Part shown: positions 13,140-25,677 of the stretch, piece by piece
Position numbering within the stretch: position 1 is the stretch's first letter
How the letters are laid out: each line of letters starts with the position of its first letter
From: the human T2T-CHM13v2.0 reference genome, Homo sapiens
DNA: 64,000 bases
Strand: one strand, 5' to 3'
Assembly (NCBI RefSeq): GCF_009914755.1
Contig: NC_060927.1
Translations under genes and position numbers: made by a program
Notes under the pieces: model-generated
The model's input: only the letters and a program-made list of their open reading frames with translations
Databases searched by the model: none
What the model was told of the DNA's origin: nothing

Positions 13140-13390
13140 TCTATGAAAGGACTCTGAACTGCAGTGACATGAACGTAACCCAAACTGGCTCAAGAAGAAA
13201 AAAGCAGGGAGACGGGCAGGATTTATTGACTAACATAGATGAAAGCGTGAGGGCTTCAGGCATAGCTGTATCCAGGAGCTAAAACATCATCAGGACTCCG
13301 TCTCTCTTCCTCTTTTTCCCTCTCTCTAGAGGCTGCTTTCCTCCCTGTTAGCTTCATTTTCTCCATGTGGTGGACTGTGGCAGAAGCCAC
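13140..13390 (-). mobile_element. MLT1K/L-like fragment
   Basis: 'aacccaaactggctcaag...ggcttcaggcatagctgtatccaggagct'. Confidence 0.55.
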
Positions 13391-13409
13391 TTTGGATGTT
13401 TACCTTGGG

Positions 13410-13870
13410 GGAAATTGAATGCAGGGAATTGGTTACAGAGATGATGGAGCTGCTGAGAAGACAGCATGGCCATGTTGAATAACCCAGGGATTAGTGATAG
13501 GAGGAAGGCACTGCCTCCTTTATATCAGAGAGACAAAGAGGGAAGGATGGTGTAACTGGAACCCAGGGGCTTGGGGATACCTGAGAGAAGCTGGAGCCAG
13601 AGTAGGGCAGCCTGGTGGGGCACTGGAGCCGCAGAGGAACTGCAGCTGCTGCCGGAGATGCCTCCCAAGGCCAGCAGGGAGAGGGAGGAATAGCCCCGCT
13701 TCTCTCTACTTTCACCCTCAGCCTCCCCCAGTGCCTTTCTTGGCCCAACCCAGCTGGAAGCCAGATGGCAAGAATGCCCAGGAAATGCAGGCTGCAGGGG
13801 TTAGCCCCAGGGATACCAACAAGACAGAGGAAGAGGAAGGAAGTGGGAGACACAGTCTGAGGGCAGGAGA
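13410..13870 (-). mobile_element. LTR33-like ERVL LTR
   Basis: 'aatgcagggaattggttaca...ttggcccaacccagctggaagccagatggcaag...caggaaatgcag'. Confidence 0.55.
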
Positions 13871-14794
13871 CCCACCCCAGCACAATCCCCTTGGAAAGTG
13901 AGCTTGTGAATGGTTCCAACAGAAGTCTGGGAACAGAGTCTGATGTGTACAGGTGTGGTTATCAGGCCCCCTCCAGAGGTAGGAGGCTGGCAGAGGATGG
14001 GGAACCAGCAACACAGACACCAAGCAGAGCCGGAGAGACCCAAAGCAAAGTCAAAGTGCTCTTCCCTGACATGGATGTGGGGCTGACAAACACCGGTGTC
14101 CACCACATGCTGCTCCAGTTGGACACGTGCTAGAGGCCACACAATTGCAAATGGCCCAGCTCAGGCTGTTTCCACAGAGGAGAACTTCAAGTTTGCTGTG
14201 ATGCCAAACCATGGCCAAGGTCAAGACCTTACTGATACATTTCTGGTCCCTGGGAAAGCAAGAAGGGGAAGAAAACGATGAAGCAGCACTATTTCTGCCC
14301 CTTCCAATGAGGCGCCCTGATTCCCAAGCCTGGAGTTTGCAGCATGAGGCCCAGGGCCCAGGTGGGAAGAGTGGCTTAACATCCAGGCCCCGGGAAATGC
14401 AAAAAGCAAATGACTCACTGGTCTTCAATAGCACATTACCTTCTAAAGGAGACACTTTGCAACCCAAATATCGAGGCCAGAGGATTTCCTACGAGTCTTT
14501 TATGATCTCTAAAAATTTCAAGAGAGAGAATTGGTGAGCAACTGGGCTCTGTCACTGTCGGGCTCGCTGATTGAACGTGCCTTTAATGGAGTCTCCGGCA
14601 GCCATAAAAATGTATGAAAACAGCCTTCTGGCCACAAGCAAGCCTGATAGATGGGGCAGTGACACTCAGGAAAAGCCAGATGGCCTGGGCTTGTCCTCAT
14701 GCCTGTTGAAGAGGATACATCTTGGTCTCTTAAGATAGAACTTGTGTTTGGAGACACATTAGGCATTCGACATACAATTTCTCCACAGGGGAAG

Positions 14795-14796
<2 letters not shown>

Positions 14797-14828
<32 letters not shown>
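14797..14828. repeat. (CA)n microsatellite
   Basis: Direct reading. Confidence 0.95.
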
Positions 14829-14830
<2 letters not shown>

Positions 14831-15899
14831 GCACACACAATCAAAACATTGCATGAGGATAGCTTTACATGACAGTGTACCCCAGTAGTTAAAGGCTTGG
14901 GCACCGTAGTGAGTTAAATAGTGTTCCTCTCCCAAAAAAATTTCTGTCCACCCAGGACCACAGAATGTGACCTTATTTGGAAATAGAGTCTCTGTAGATG
15001 TCATTTTCCATACCATTTTAAAGTCTGTTTGTTCCACTACACACTGAGGATATTAATAATGATACCCACAGACAAAATGAGCAGAGGATAAAGAGCATGT
15101 ATGATCATCTAATAAATGCACAAGCTATGTGTCGACTGTTGTTACTACGTATGAGAGAAAAGAGAAAGAGGGAAGGAAGGAGGGAGGAAAAAGGGGAGGA
15201 AGGAAGGAAGCTATTAAAAGCTGGCTAATTCACATCATAACCCTGAAATAATAGAAGAGCATCCTAAAAGAGATCTCGCTTAGCAGACAAGTTGCCTTCC
15301 TTCTCCATAACCCTCTAATTATAGCACTTCAGAGCCCTCTTAACTTAAATCTCCTAGAGAAGGGTGCACATGCTCATGACATTCTTTCCTGCCTTCTGCT
15401 GTGATGAAGCTGCACCGCTAGCTTAGCCCTAGACACCCCCTGTCCCAGTCAGATGGTCACCTGATGGTGCAAGCCGGCCAGAAAGTTCAGGAGTCCAATT
15501 CAACACTCAGATATGAAAATGCACAGAACCCCTTTATTCCTGACATGGGCATATGGTACAAATCATTTGGCATGCACTAAATCATTAGAATACTCGTTTA
15601 TTTTGGAACGTATATGAAGTGAGCAGAATAAGGCATGTACTGTTTTCAAGAGAACTCATTTCCTCTGCTGGGGGCAAAAGACCGCTCTTGGCAAGGTATT
15701 CTTTGAAAGTAAATTATCTTCAGAGGAAAGCACGTGCTGTTCTAAAGGAGAACGTAGCTCCCTACAGATTCTCAAGTTCAAGGGGTGTCTGTGTAGGTGC
15801 ATGCACACATATATGTATTACATGCAACAACAATTAATATATGTATTACATGCAACAATTAATGGTTGGAAAACCATTAATCATATTTATTTAAAATTG

Positions 15900-16345
15900 A
15901 AAAGACATATATATTCAAAATAACAGTTTTAATAAGTTCGAAAGTTTTGCTCACACATAAATAAGAGAAATCCAGAGACAGATAGTTTAGTGATAGTATG
16001 GTGGCTCCATGGTGTCATCAGATATGCAGGCTCATGTCTTTATGCTTTGTTAAACTCAAAGTGAGTGTCTTCCTTCTTTAGAGTAACCCTCTGGCCCAAG
16101 ATGGCTGCTGGAGCCTCAGCTACTACATGTGGATTCCAGGCCAGAAGTAGAGGGAGGGGAAAACAAAGGAGTATACCTTCCGGGGATATCAGCTTTTTTG
16201 TATCATCTTCCTGAGGTCCTGTGCATTTCCATAGTCACATATATGCCCCTAACCGTAAGTAAAACTTGAATGTTCTCTTTTTATTGGATGCCTTTCTATC
16301 TCAAATAAAATTAAGATTCTGTTACTCAGGAAGCTCGTGGCCTCT
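15900..16345 (-). mobile_element. MLT1J-like MaLR LTR
   Basis: 'gtatggtggctccatggtgtcatcag...caagatggctgctggagcc...ttccaggccagaag...attctgttact'. Confidence 0.6.
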
Positions 16346-16710
16346 GCCGTGACATGAAAAACTAAAAGTAAACTTGACCAAGTCATTTGTGTATGGGATA
16401 AGGTCTAGAACAGAGATTGGCTATCATTTGGAGGACAAAATTAATCACATTTCTTTGCCTCTATTTGTAAACTGATTAGACATATTCAAGAGTTTCAATG
16501 CAAATTTGAAAACAATTACACATCTAGAGAAATACATGCCTTTGTGGACTTTACCTTATAATAGACTTCCTCAACTTTTGAAATAATGCTCTAATTACAC
16601 CCCTATTTATTGATATTTATTTACTGGAGGGCAATGGGAGACAAGAACACCATTTCTGTTAAAATCATCTCATTGGTGCCACACCTGTCCCTAGACAGTT
16701 TGCATGAAAT

Positions 16711-16890
16711 AGATATAAAGCCATTGAGTCAGTGACAACCAGAAGTACTGGGAATCTTTCACAAAGAATTCAGGAATGGGACCCCCTAATCTTTTCCTGC
16801 AGATATAAAGCTATTGAGTCAGTGACAACCAGAAGCACTGGGAATCTTTCATAAGGAATTCGGGAATGGGCCCCCCTAATCTTTTCTTGC
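16711..16890. repeat. 90-bp tandem duplication (2 copies, 83/90 identical)
   Basis: 16711-16800 vs 16801-16890 aligned by eye: 7 substitutions, no gaps. Confidence 0.95.
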
Positions 16891-17014
16891 TGCTTCTGTG
16901 AGGACACAAGTCAGATTTATTAAAGCCAATAGAAAGCAGACCTGTGCATCCTTCTAGAGCAGAGAATAGTTTTGCATTTCACAAAATACTCCACCAAGAC
17001 AGGATTCCAGAGGC

Positions 17015-17230
17015 AAGTTCATTTGGAATACACTTAGTTCAGATAACACAGTTTCTTGGTATTTTTCATGTTTTGACTGCAGGTCTTCTCAGGCCTTAAA
17101 TGTTTGGGCGTGTTGTGAATCTCCAAGACTGAGCCACAAGATGCAGCATTTTCCTAATGACCTCAGGCCCTTTTTGAATGGGCACTTTTGGGAATCAGCG
17201 TTCTGCAAAGCATACCTTGGGAAGCCACAG
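17015..17230 (-). mobile_element. MER103C-like hAT element
   Basis: 'actgcaggtcttctcaggcctt...ttgtgaatctccaag...tgcagcattttcc'. Confidence 0.55.
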
Positions 17231-17247
17231 AGAGCTTTTCCCTGAAG

Positions 17248-17469
17248 CAGGGTTTCTCAACCTGTACGTTGTTGGCATTTGGGGCAGGATAATTCTTAGT
17301 TGTGGGCGGCTGTCCTGTGCATTGGAGGGTATTTACCAGCATCCCTGGCCTCTGCTCACCAGATGCCAATAGCAATTCCTCCCCCACCCTGTTGTGACAA
17401 CCAAAAGTGTCCCCAGGTATTGCCAAATGTTCCCTGCTGGCAAAATGGCCCTCAGATGAGAACCTTTAC
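17248..17469. mobile_element. MER20 (hAT-Charlie MITE)
   Basis: 'cagggtttctcaacct...ctgtcctgtgcattg...gtgacaaccaaaagtgtccccagg...ttgccaaatgttccctg'. Confidence 0.85.
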
Positions 17470-17717
17470 TCTAGGGAAATTTCTAGAATCAAGAAAATAC
17501 ATTGCAATGATAGGAGAGACCACTCTCTCAGGTATGAATATTCAGCTGACTGTTAGAGTCCTTGGCAATAAGATTGTTATTTGTTAAAAGAGACAGTATT
17601 ACTGGTGAAGATTCATTTCAAAAATGGAAATGAAAATAAAAGTTGCTGTTTCTATGATAACTAAGTCAAAAGCTTATGGAAATTTATGGAACAAGTGCGT
17701 AAATTAAACTTGCTTTA

Positions 17718-18116
<399 letters not shown>

Positions 18117-18334
18117 TTAATACCCCCCTCCACCCCCGCCAAATTCCACTTTTTACAGTGTTTCAGGAAAACATCTATTGTTGAAAGTCAAACGTGGCAT
18201 TTTTTGATGCTCTTAAAAATACAGTAGGCATCATCCTACCAATGTCATTCACTAAAATTCTCCTGGTCCAGTCAGGTAAGTGTTAAACTGCAAAAACCCT
18301 TCTAGGAGGTGCCACCCCCAGAGTATTTCAGTGG

Positions 18335-19625
18335 ACCTCAGAAAAATCTGAGCCTGGAATATCTTATTGCCCCAGAAAGTAAGGAAGTGCTCAAAGACTG
18401 ATGGACACATGTCCAAAGAACCAACAGCCAGGCTGATGGGGCTCCTACTGCCCAAATATGGGATACCTTGAACATTAATATAGATAGCAAGCGAGTATAA
18501 CGCATTGAACAAACTAACGCTTCATGAATTTATGGAAATAAAGAAAGGGAGGGAGGGAGAGAAGAAGGAAGTTGGGGAGAAGGGGAGGAAGGGAGAGAGA
18601 GAGGAAAAGTGAAAGCTCTTCCTTACAGTAAAAAGCCAACAGTACAGTTAAAGGTACGATGACATTAGAAAATCACCATTTGACCCATCATAATAATAAA
18701 TAATTCTGTCAAGAATCATGAGCAAATACTAAAACCAGTGGGTAAAAGTTTGAGGAGTAACAGGATATTTACATGGCCCCAAACTATCTTCTCATAATAT
18801 AATTGATTGACCAGGGTAAGAAGGAACTTTACAGTGCACAAACCTAACCTCTCAGTCACAGGACAGACCAACATCAAGGGCGGCTTGATAGGACAGACTA
18901 GGAAGGCCACACTCTGCACCGTGGTGTTCCTTCCAGAAGTGCAGAAACTGAGTCCATTCATGAGGAGACATCAGACAAACCCAAACTGAGGAATACTGTA
19001 TGAAATAGCTGGCTTATACACTTCAAAAATATCCAAATTGAGGAATACTTTATGAAATAGCTGGCTTATACACTTCAAAAATATCAGTGTCACAAAACAC
19101 AAGGAAAGTCAGAGAAACTGTTCCAGATGAAAGAAGATCAAGGAGACATGAGAACCAAAGGCAACACATGATTGGGAGTTTCTGTTATTATAAAAGGACA
19201 GTATTGAGATAAGTGAAAAAATCTGAATGAGGTCCGTGGATTAAATAGTAGTATTGCATCAGTGTTAATTGCCTGATGATGATCATTGTACGACTGTGAT
19301 TATGTTAAGAGAATGTCTTTGTTTTTAGAAAACACCTACTAAAGTAAAGGTATATGTTTGCTATTACTCTCAAAGGTTTGGGAGAGAGGGAAAATATACA
19401 TGCATGTGTGTGTGTGCATGTGTATTATTACATATAATTAATATATTTAGGGGGAGAGAGAATGAGAGAGGGGATGGGAGTGTCCTGGAGAAAGCAGCTG
19501 TGATAAAAATGTTACCACTTACAAAGCTGCAAAGTCTGGTGAAAAGTATAAGGGGGCTCTTTGTACTTTTCTTGCAATTTTCCTTTAAGTCTGAAATGAT
19601 GTCAATATTAAAGGACTAAAAAGAA
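18335..19625 (+). mobile_element. L1MC3/4-type 3' UTR, containing a 52-bp tandem duplication at 18981-19084
   Basis: 'aaggaagtgctcaaagac...ggagacatcagacaaacccaaactgagg...agtattgcatcagtgttaatt...ttcttgcaattttcctttaagtctgaaat'. Confidence 0.75.
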
Positions 19626-19769
19626 AAAGCTCTCTTATCCAGGATCCCTTCCCCCCCACGAATTATCCTTTCTGCTTCATTCCCCCTTTTCCTCCCACCA
19701 CACCAAAAGTCTTCCAAATCTCCTTCCTCTCTCAAGGGGGTTCTGAGCAATTACCCACCAGCCTTGGTC

Positions 19770-20095
19770 TCAGTGGCTTATTACAAGTGGATTCCCAGAC
19801 GCCACCCCCAGAAACTCTGGCTTGGGGCATCTAGAGCCAGTGGTTTTCTACAGATGCCTGAATCTGGACACCCAGGGGTTCTGATTACATTGGCTCATAG
19901 TGCACTCTGCGCCTCAGAATGTTAGTTCCCCAGGTGATTGTAGTGGGTAGCCAAGGGTGAACATTCACAGGAATCATCTGAGTATCTTGTTAAAAAACAA
20001 ATTCTGATTCACTAGGTCTAGGGAAGTGGGAACCTGAGATTCTGCATCTCTGATCATCTCTCTGCGTGGATGATGTGCAGTCCAAACCTTTTAAC
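19770..20095. mobile_element. Cluster of MER5A/B fragments
   Basis: 'aatcatctgagtatcttgttaaaaaacaaattctgattcactaggtctaggg...ctgagattctgcat'. Confidence 0.55.
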
Positions 20096-21238
20096 AGCAA
20101 CAGTGTCATCGAGAGCAGATTCCAAGTGTTCTTTGCCAACAGACCTTCACCATCTCAAGTTCTGAAAACTTCAAGGGGGCAGACACAGCATCTGTTTTAT
20201 TCTCTGCTGAATAACCAGCACTCGGTGCTCCATAAATAGTTGTTGAACGCGTGCGTGAATGAGTGAGTGAAAGGCTCCTAGTACCATGCTAATCTCCACT
20301 AGTACCTCCCGGCCGCTTAATATTTAAAAATGGTCATGTTTTGCATTAGAATCACTCCCATCAGATTTCAAACAAAAATCAATGGCTTTTGAAACTGAAA
20401 ACCACTTTGGGGTGAGAAGAGTTGGCAAGATCCCACTCCCCTTCAGGAATGGCCTGGTGCAGGTGCAGATGACTAAAGCGGCCTCTGAGTCAGCTGCTAC
20501 CCTTCTTCTGCACTTCTCAAATCATTTTCGTATTAGCATATCTCTAAGTGCATATAATTTTCACATCAAAGAGTGTAATTTTTTGCAGAAGTGGAGTAGA
20601 GAATAATTTATCCACTGAAGTATCTCAAGCAGCAGTCTTGATAGCATGACATAAAAATTACACAGAAGACAGACATTTAGAAAAATTTGGTGGCAGAATT
20701 TGTATTATTTAAGTAGATGTGGAGAAAATTCACCCATCGAAACTGAAAAAATATACACTTTTGGAGTTAAAACAGATTCCTAGTTGAGGGAGGAGAGGGC
20801 AGTTTGAGCCGGTATCTCACTTCCTAGCTCACTGAACAGGGAGAGAACCCATGGTCTGGCTTGCCTTCCTGATGGAGTGGTTCCCTAGGACCACAGAATT
20901 CACCAGCCCTGCTTGTCCCCATACCCTGGAATTCCAGCTCCCCCGGGTGCAGGAACCTCAGCTTCATCTGAGGGAACCATCCATTTTGAGAAACAGTCTG
21001 ACGAGGTGAAAGGCACATAAAGAGAACCCCGGCCCTGACTTCAACTCCTCAATGTCGCCTCCCTCGTGCAGCCAGCCTGGCTGGGCACATGCACCCTCTT
21101 TTTAATAAAACACATCTCTGCGGTCCCCTCCTTTTGTCCCAATTTCCATGTCTTTGGACACCAGTCTCTCCTCCTGGTCCCCTGTGCCTGAAATCCTCTC
21201 AGGGAAACCTGAGTAGACCCTGTACATGGAGCCCTTGG

Positions 21239-21240
<2 letters not shown>

Positions 21241-21278
<38 letters not shown>

Positions 21279-21895
21279 CTTCAACACACATACACTCCTC
21301 TAACACACACACCCCTCTGATACACACACACATCCCTAACACACACATACACAACCTCTAACACACACACGTACTCCTAACACACGCCCCTAACACACAC
21401 ACCTCTAACACACACACCCCTAACACACACACACCTCTAACACATACACACTCCTAACACACACACCCCTAAGAAACACTCACCTCTAACACACACACAC
21501 CTCTAACATACAGACACATCCCTAACACACATACACACCTCTAACACACACTCATCCTTAACACACACCTCTAACACACACATACTGCTAACACACACAC
21601 ACAACTCTAACACACACACATCCCTAACACATACCTCTAACACACACACATACTAACACACATCCCAACACACACACACCTCTAACACACACACGTACTC
21701 CTAACACACACATACACACACACACCCTAATGCATACACACCTAATATACACACACACCTCCAACATACACATACACACACCTAATACACATACCTAATA
21801 CACACACGTAACACACACATACACCTCTCACACACACACAGTGCACACACACCTAATACACACACACCCCTAATACATATATACACACATATATA
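21241..21895. repeat. Complex (CA)n / (CC[C/T]CTAA-CACAC)n low-complexity repeat
   Basis: A pure (CA)n start decays into irregular units of CA runs punctuated by cctctaa, ccctaa or cctaat. Confidence 0.9.
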
Positions 21896-22019
21896 CACTT
21901 TATATTCAAGAGAAAGAGATGATGTTTGTATCCCCACCCCTAGAAAATGTATCAGGCAAATCTCATAGCTATTTTGGTCATTTTTAGGTATAAAACACTT
22001 TAATTCTGATGCATGCAAA

Positions 22020-23030
22020 AAGTCCAGTTGAGGACACTGCCATGCAGTCGGGAGGAATTGTCTTTTCAATGAATGCTAGTAGGTCTGTTTGGCTATTTCT
22101 AAGGGAAAAAAAATGTGTCTTACCCTTCCTTAATTCCAGATGGATGATAGTACTAAATACAAAAGGTAAAACAATAAAGCTCTTAGAAGAGAAAGTAGGA
22201 GAGCATCTTTGGGATCTTGGGTAGGCAAAGACTTCTTAAGCAGTATACAGATAGGGACTAACAATAAAAATGACAAGTAATGCTATTCATAATAGTCCCA
22301 ACATTGAAACTACCCAAATGCCCATCAATGGCAGAAAAGTAAATAATTGTGGTATGTTCACACAACGGAATTTGATACAGAGGTGAGAATGATTATAATT
22401 GCACACACACACAAACAACAGGTAATCTCATAAATATCAAGTTATGTGAAAGAAGCAAAACACAAGAGGGAATACCAGCCAGGCACGGTGGCTCATGCCT
22501 GTAACCCAGCACTTTGGGAGGCCAAGGCGGATGAATCACTTGAGGTCAGGAGTTCAAGACCAGGCCAACATGGCGAAATCCCATCTCTACGAAAGCAAAA
22601 AAATTAGCTGAGCATAGTGGCAAGCACCTATAATTCCAGCTACTCGGGAGGCTGAGGCAGGAGCATCGCTTGAACTCAGGGGATGGAGGTTGCAGTGAGA
22701 CGAGATCATGCCACTGCACTCCAGCCCTGGCAACAGAGTGATTGAGACTCCATCTCAAAACAAAACAAAAGAGGAAATATTGTATGAACCTATTTATGTG
22801 AAGTATAAATCAAGCACAACAAGTCTGTGCTATTGTGTTTGGAGACCGTGGTTACTCTTGGGTACTACTGGGTTGATGTGGAGGTAAAAGGGCTTCTCAG
22901 AGGCTAGGGTGTCCTGTGTGTCCCTTGGAGTGCTGAGTACACAGATGTGGTCATTTTATGAAAATCCCCCAGTTTGTATACTTCGAATATATGTGAGTTT
23001 CTGCATATCTATTAGACTTCAATAAAAAGC
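22020..23030 (+). mobile_element. L1ME fragments (ORF2 end + 3' UTR) interrupted by AluS
   Basis: 'aaacaataaagctcttagaagagaaagtaggagagcatctttgggatcttgggtaggcaaagacttcttaag' (KTIKLLEEKVGEHLWDLG, ORF2-like); ends 'acttcaataaaaa'. Confidence 0.7.
22477..22770 (+). mobile_element. AluS
   Basis: Full dimer; TSD-like aagagggaatac/aagaggaaatat. Confidence 0.92.
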
Positions 23031-23109
23031 TTTCTTAACTAGTATCCAAGTTAAATGAAGATTGACATTTGGCACAATGCTTCTGTCGCTTTTGAATAGG
23101 TGCTTTGTT

Positions 23110-23570
23110 AACGTTTTTATTACTTAACAGAAAAAAAGTGCATGTACATGGTTCAGACACAAAGATTTCAACAGCACAAAAAGTGTACAATGAAACATAA
23201 GCCCTTCCTCCACCCCAGACCTACAGTCCCCTTCTTCAGAAGAGCAACTGAAATATTTCTTGTGTATCCTTCCAGAAATTGTATATGCATGTATAGTTAC
23301 GTGTGTGAATCTGTATTAAGCTACATATGTTTTTTATACAAATAAGAATAAGCACTCTTCACTACACCTTTCTTTCCCCCTTAAAAATATCTTGAAGATA
23401 GGTCCATATTATTAATCTCACTATATGAGATTTATAAAAAGAGGTGAGTCTTTATGTATTAGTAAATATGTATTAATATTATCTATTAAATGTGTATGGA
23501 TTAATAAATACATAAAGACTCACCTCTTTTTGTAAATATCATACAGTGTTTTGTTGTAGAGATCGTATAT
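23110..23570 (-). mobile_element. Old L1ME 3' end fragment (hosts the inverted repeat)
   Basis: 'tgcatgtacatggtt...ttcttgtgtatccttccagaaattgtatatgcat...aaaatatcttgaagat'. Confidence 0.55.
23419..23548. repeat. Inverted repeat: 42-bp arms (39/42 complementary), 46-bp AT-rich spacer
   Basis: 23419-23460 cactatatgagatttataaaaagaggtgagtctttatgtatt compared with the reverse complement of 23507-23548. Confidence 0.95.
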
Positions 23571-23577
23571 TCCAGGG

Positions 23578-23940
23578 TGTGTTAGTCTATTCTTGCACTG
23601 CTATAAAGAACTACCTGAGACTGGGTAATTTATAAAGAAAAGAGGTTTAATTGGCTCACAGTTCCACAGGCTATACGCTGGGGAGGCCTCAGGAATCTTT
23701 CAATCATGGTGGAAGGGGAAGGGGAAGCAGGCACGTCTTACATGGCTGTAGCAGGAGGAAGAGAGGGAGGGAGGTGCTACATACTTTTAAACAACCGGAT
23801 TTCTTACTATCATAAGAACAGCAAGGGGCAAGTCCATTCCCATGACCCTACCACCCCCAACTAGGCCCCTCCTCCAACACTGGGGATTACAATTCAACAT
23901 GAGATAGATTTGGGTGGGGACACACATCCAAACCATATCA
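23578..23940 (-). mobile_element. MSTA-like MaLR solo LTR
   Basis: 'tgtgttagtctattcttgcactgctataaagaactacctgagactggg...aaccatatca'; TSD caggg/ctggg. Confidence 0.88.
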
Positions 23941-24094
23941 CTGGGGTTGGCAAATTATGAGCAACATGCCGAATTTGGCCTGCAGCCTGTTTTTGTAAAT
24001 AAAGTTTTATTGGAACATGGCCATGCCCATTCATTTACATATGGCCTATTGCTGCCTTCTTGCTACTGCAGCAGAGTTGGGCTGCAACAGAAAC

Positions 24095-24582
24095 TGTATG
24101 CCTTCATTTCTAATGGCTGCCGTAACACATTGTCACAAACTTAGTGGCTAAAAACAATGCATAATTATTTTATTTCCGGGGGTCAGAGCCAAAATGGGTC
24201 TCGCTGGGTTTAAAGGAAGGTATTAGAGGCTGCAAGCCTTTTTGGAGGCTTTTGGGGAGAATCTGTCTTGGCTGCCCGTGTTCCAAGGCTTGTGGCCTCC
24301 TTCTGTCTTTCAAGCCAGTGATGGCTAGTCAGGCCTTCCCCACATCACATCGCTCTGCCCTGGAATTTCCTGCTTCACTCTTTCATGTTTAAGGACCCTC
24401 ATGACTAACTTGGAGCCACTCCAACCATGGAAAATAAAACTTCCTATTTTAAGGCCGGTTGATTAACAAGCTTAGTTTCCTCTGCTACCTTCATTCCCTT
24501 TTATCGTGTAACGGACATATTCACAGGTTTTGGGGATTAGGACGTGGACCTCTTTGGAGGAGGCATTATTCTGCCTATCACA
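24095..24582 (-). mobile_element. MLT1D-like MaLR solo LTR
   Basis: 'ggctgccgtaacacattgtcacaaacttagtggc...atattcacaggttttggggattaggacgtggac...attattctgcctatcaca'. Confidence 0.8.
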
Positions 24583-25503
24583 TATATCACCAGCAAAACC
24601 TACAATATTTGCTTTTTGGTCTTTTCCAGAAAAAGTTTGCAGACCTCTGCTCTACGCTGTCCCTAACCAGTAGCTGCAATTAGCTAAATTCTAGCCACCA
24701 GCTGCTCTGCTCTCGGCATGGTAATCTACAGCCTCTTGGTCAGTGAGGACTTCATTCTTGGCTCATGTCTCTTCTCACCACTCCCTCTCTACCAGATGTC
24801 CTGCTATAGTTCTTGATGACTTCAGTATCTATGTAGATGGTTCTTTCAATATTCTGGCCTCTCCTTTCCCAGGCTATCTCATCTCTAATGATCACAGCCT
24901 CCACTCCCCTCAACCACCCACGCCTCTACTCCCCTCAACCACCCATTCCCAGGGCATTAGGCCCCGGACCTCGTCAATATCACTCAGTGCATCTGTACGT
25001 CATCTAACTTTCAAACGTCTCCTTCTCCCACAATCACTTCCTGTTTTCCCAACTCACTCCTCTAATATGCAACAGCCATAATCTTTCAGCTCCTCTGGGA
25101 TCTGCCATCCCTGTAGCACCTTTTCCCTGTGCCCTTCCCCATGTCCCCACTTCCCTCCTTACCCAGCTCAACTATAATCCCTCCCCTGCACTCTCCACGC
25201 CCTCTTCCCGTCTTTCGCCATTATCTTTGCTGGTGAATGTCCAGACCTCATGAAATCCAATTCTCCACTCCCTATTTGCTGGAGCCACTGAAGCAACCTG
25301 GAAAAAAAAAAAAAAAACAACCTTGTACAGCCTCAAAACCACAAGCCTCAGTGTGCCTCCAGGACTGCGGAACCATTTTCCATCCACTTTCTCTTCCTCC
25401 TCAAAAACCTCCCACCCCCACAACCCTGTCATAATTCTTGCCTTTATTTTTACTTTGAAAACAGAAGCAACCAAAAAATGCATTCAGAAGCTCCCATTGT
25501 CCA

Positions 25504-25677
25504 AGGTTGCCAGATAAAATCCAGGGTAGCAAGTTAAATTTTCACTTCAGATAAATAGTGAATTATTGTTTAGCATAAGTACATCCCATGTAATGCTCTA
25601 CAAATTATTTGTTATTTGTCTGAAATTCAAATTTTGCTGAGCGTCTTGTATTTTTATTTACTAAATCTGGAACCCTA
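25504..25677. mobile_element. MER53 palindromic hAT MITE
   Basis: TIRs 'aggttgccagataaaat' / 'tttactaaatctggaacccta'. Confidence 0.8.

Larger units (their letters stand above)
23573..24648. mobile_element. MER58A split by two LTR insertions (pieces 23573-23577, 23941-24095, 24583-24648)
   Basis: 'gcctgtttttgtaaataaagttttattggaacatggccatgcccattc' and 'aatatttgc...agaaaaagtttgcagacctctg'. Confidence 0.8.

Noticed and set aside
15809-15862. Short tandem duplications (28 bp here; 52 bp at 18981-19084; ~34 bp near 50388-50457)
   Set aside because: Ordinary slippage duplications, mostly within TE remnants.
20300-20780. Unique segment containing TGAGTCAGC (20486-20494), an ARE/AP-1-like site
   Set aside because: A single motif is not enough without conservation or chromatin data.
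21241-21895. Interstitial telomere or CRISPR-like repeat-spacer array
   Set aside because: CCCTAA units are never tandem and the intervening sequence is only CA runs. The context is eukaryotic and there are no cas genes.
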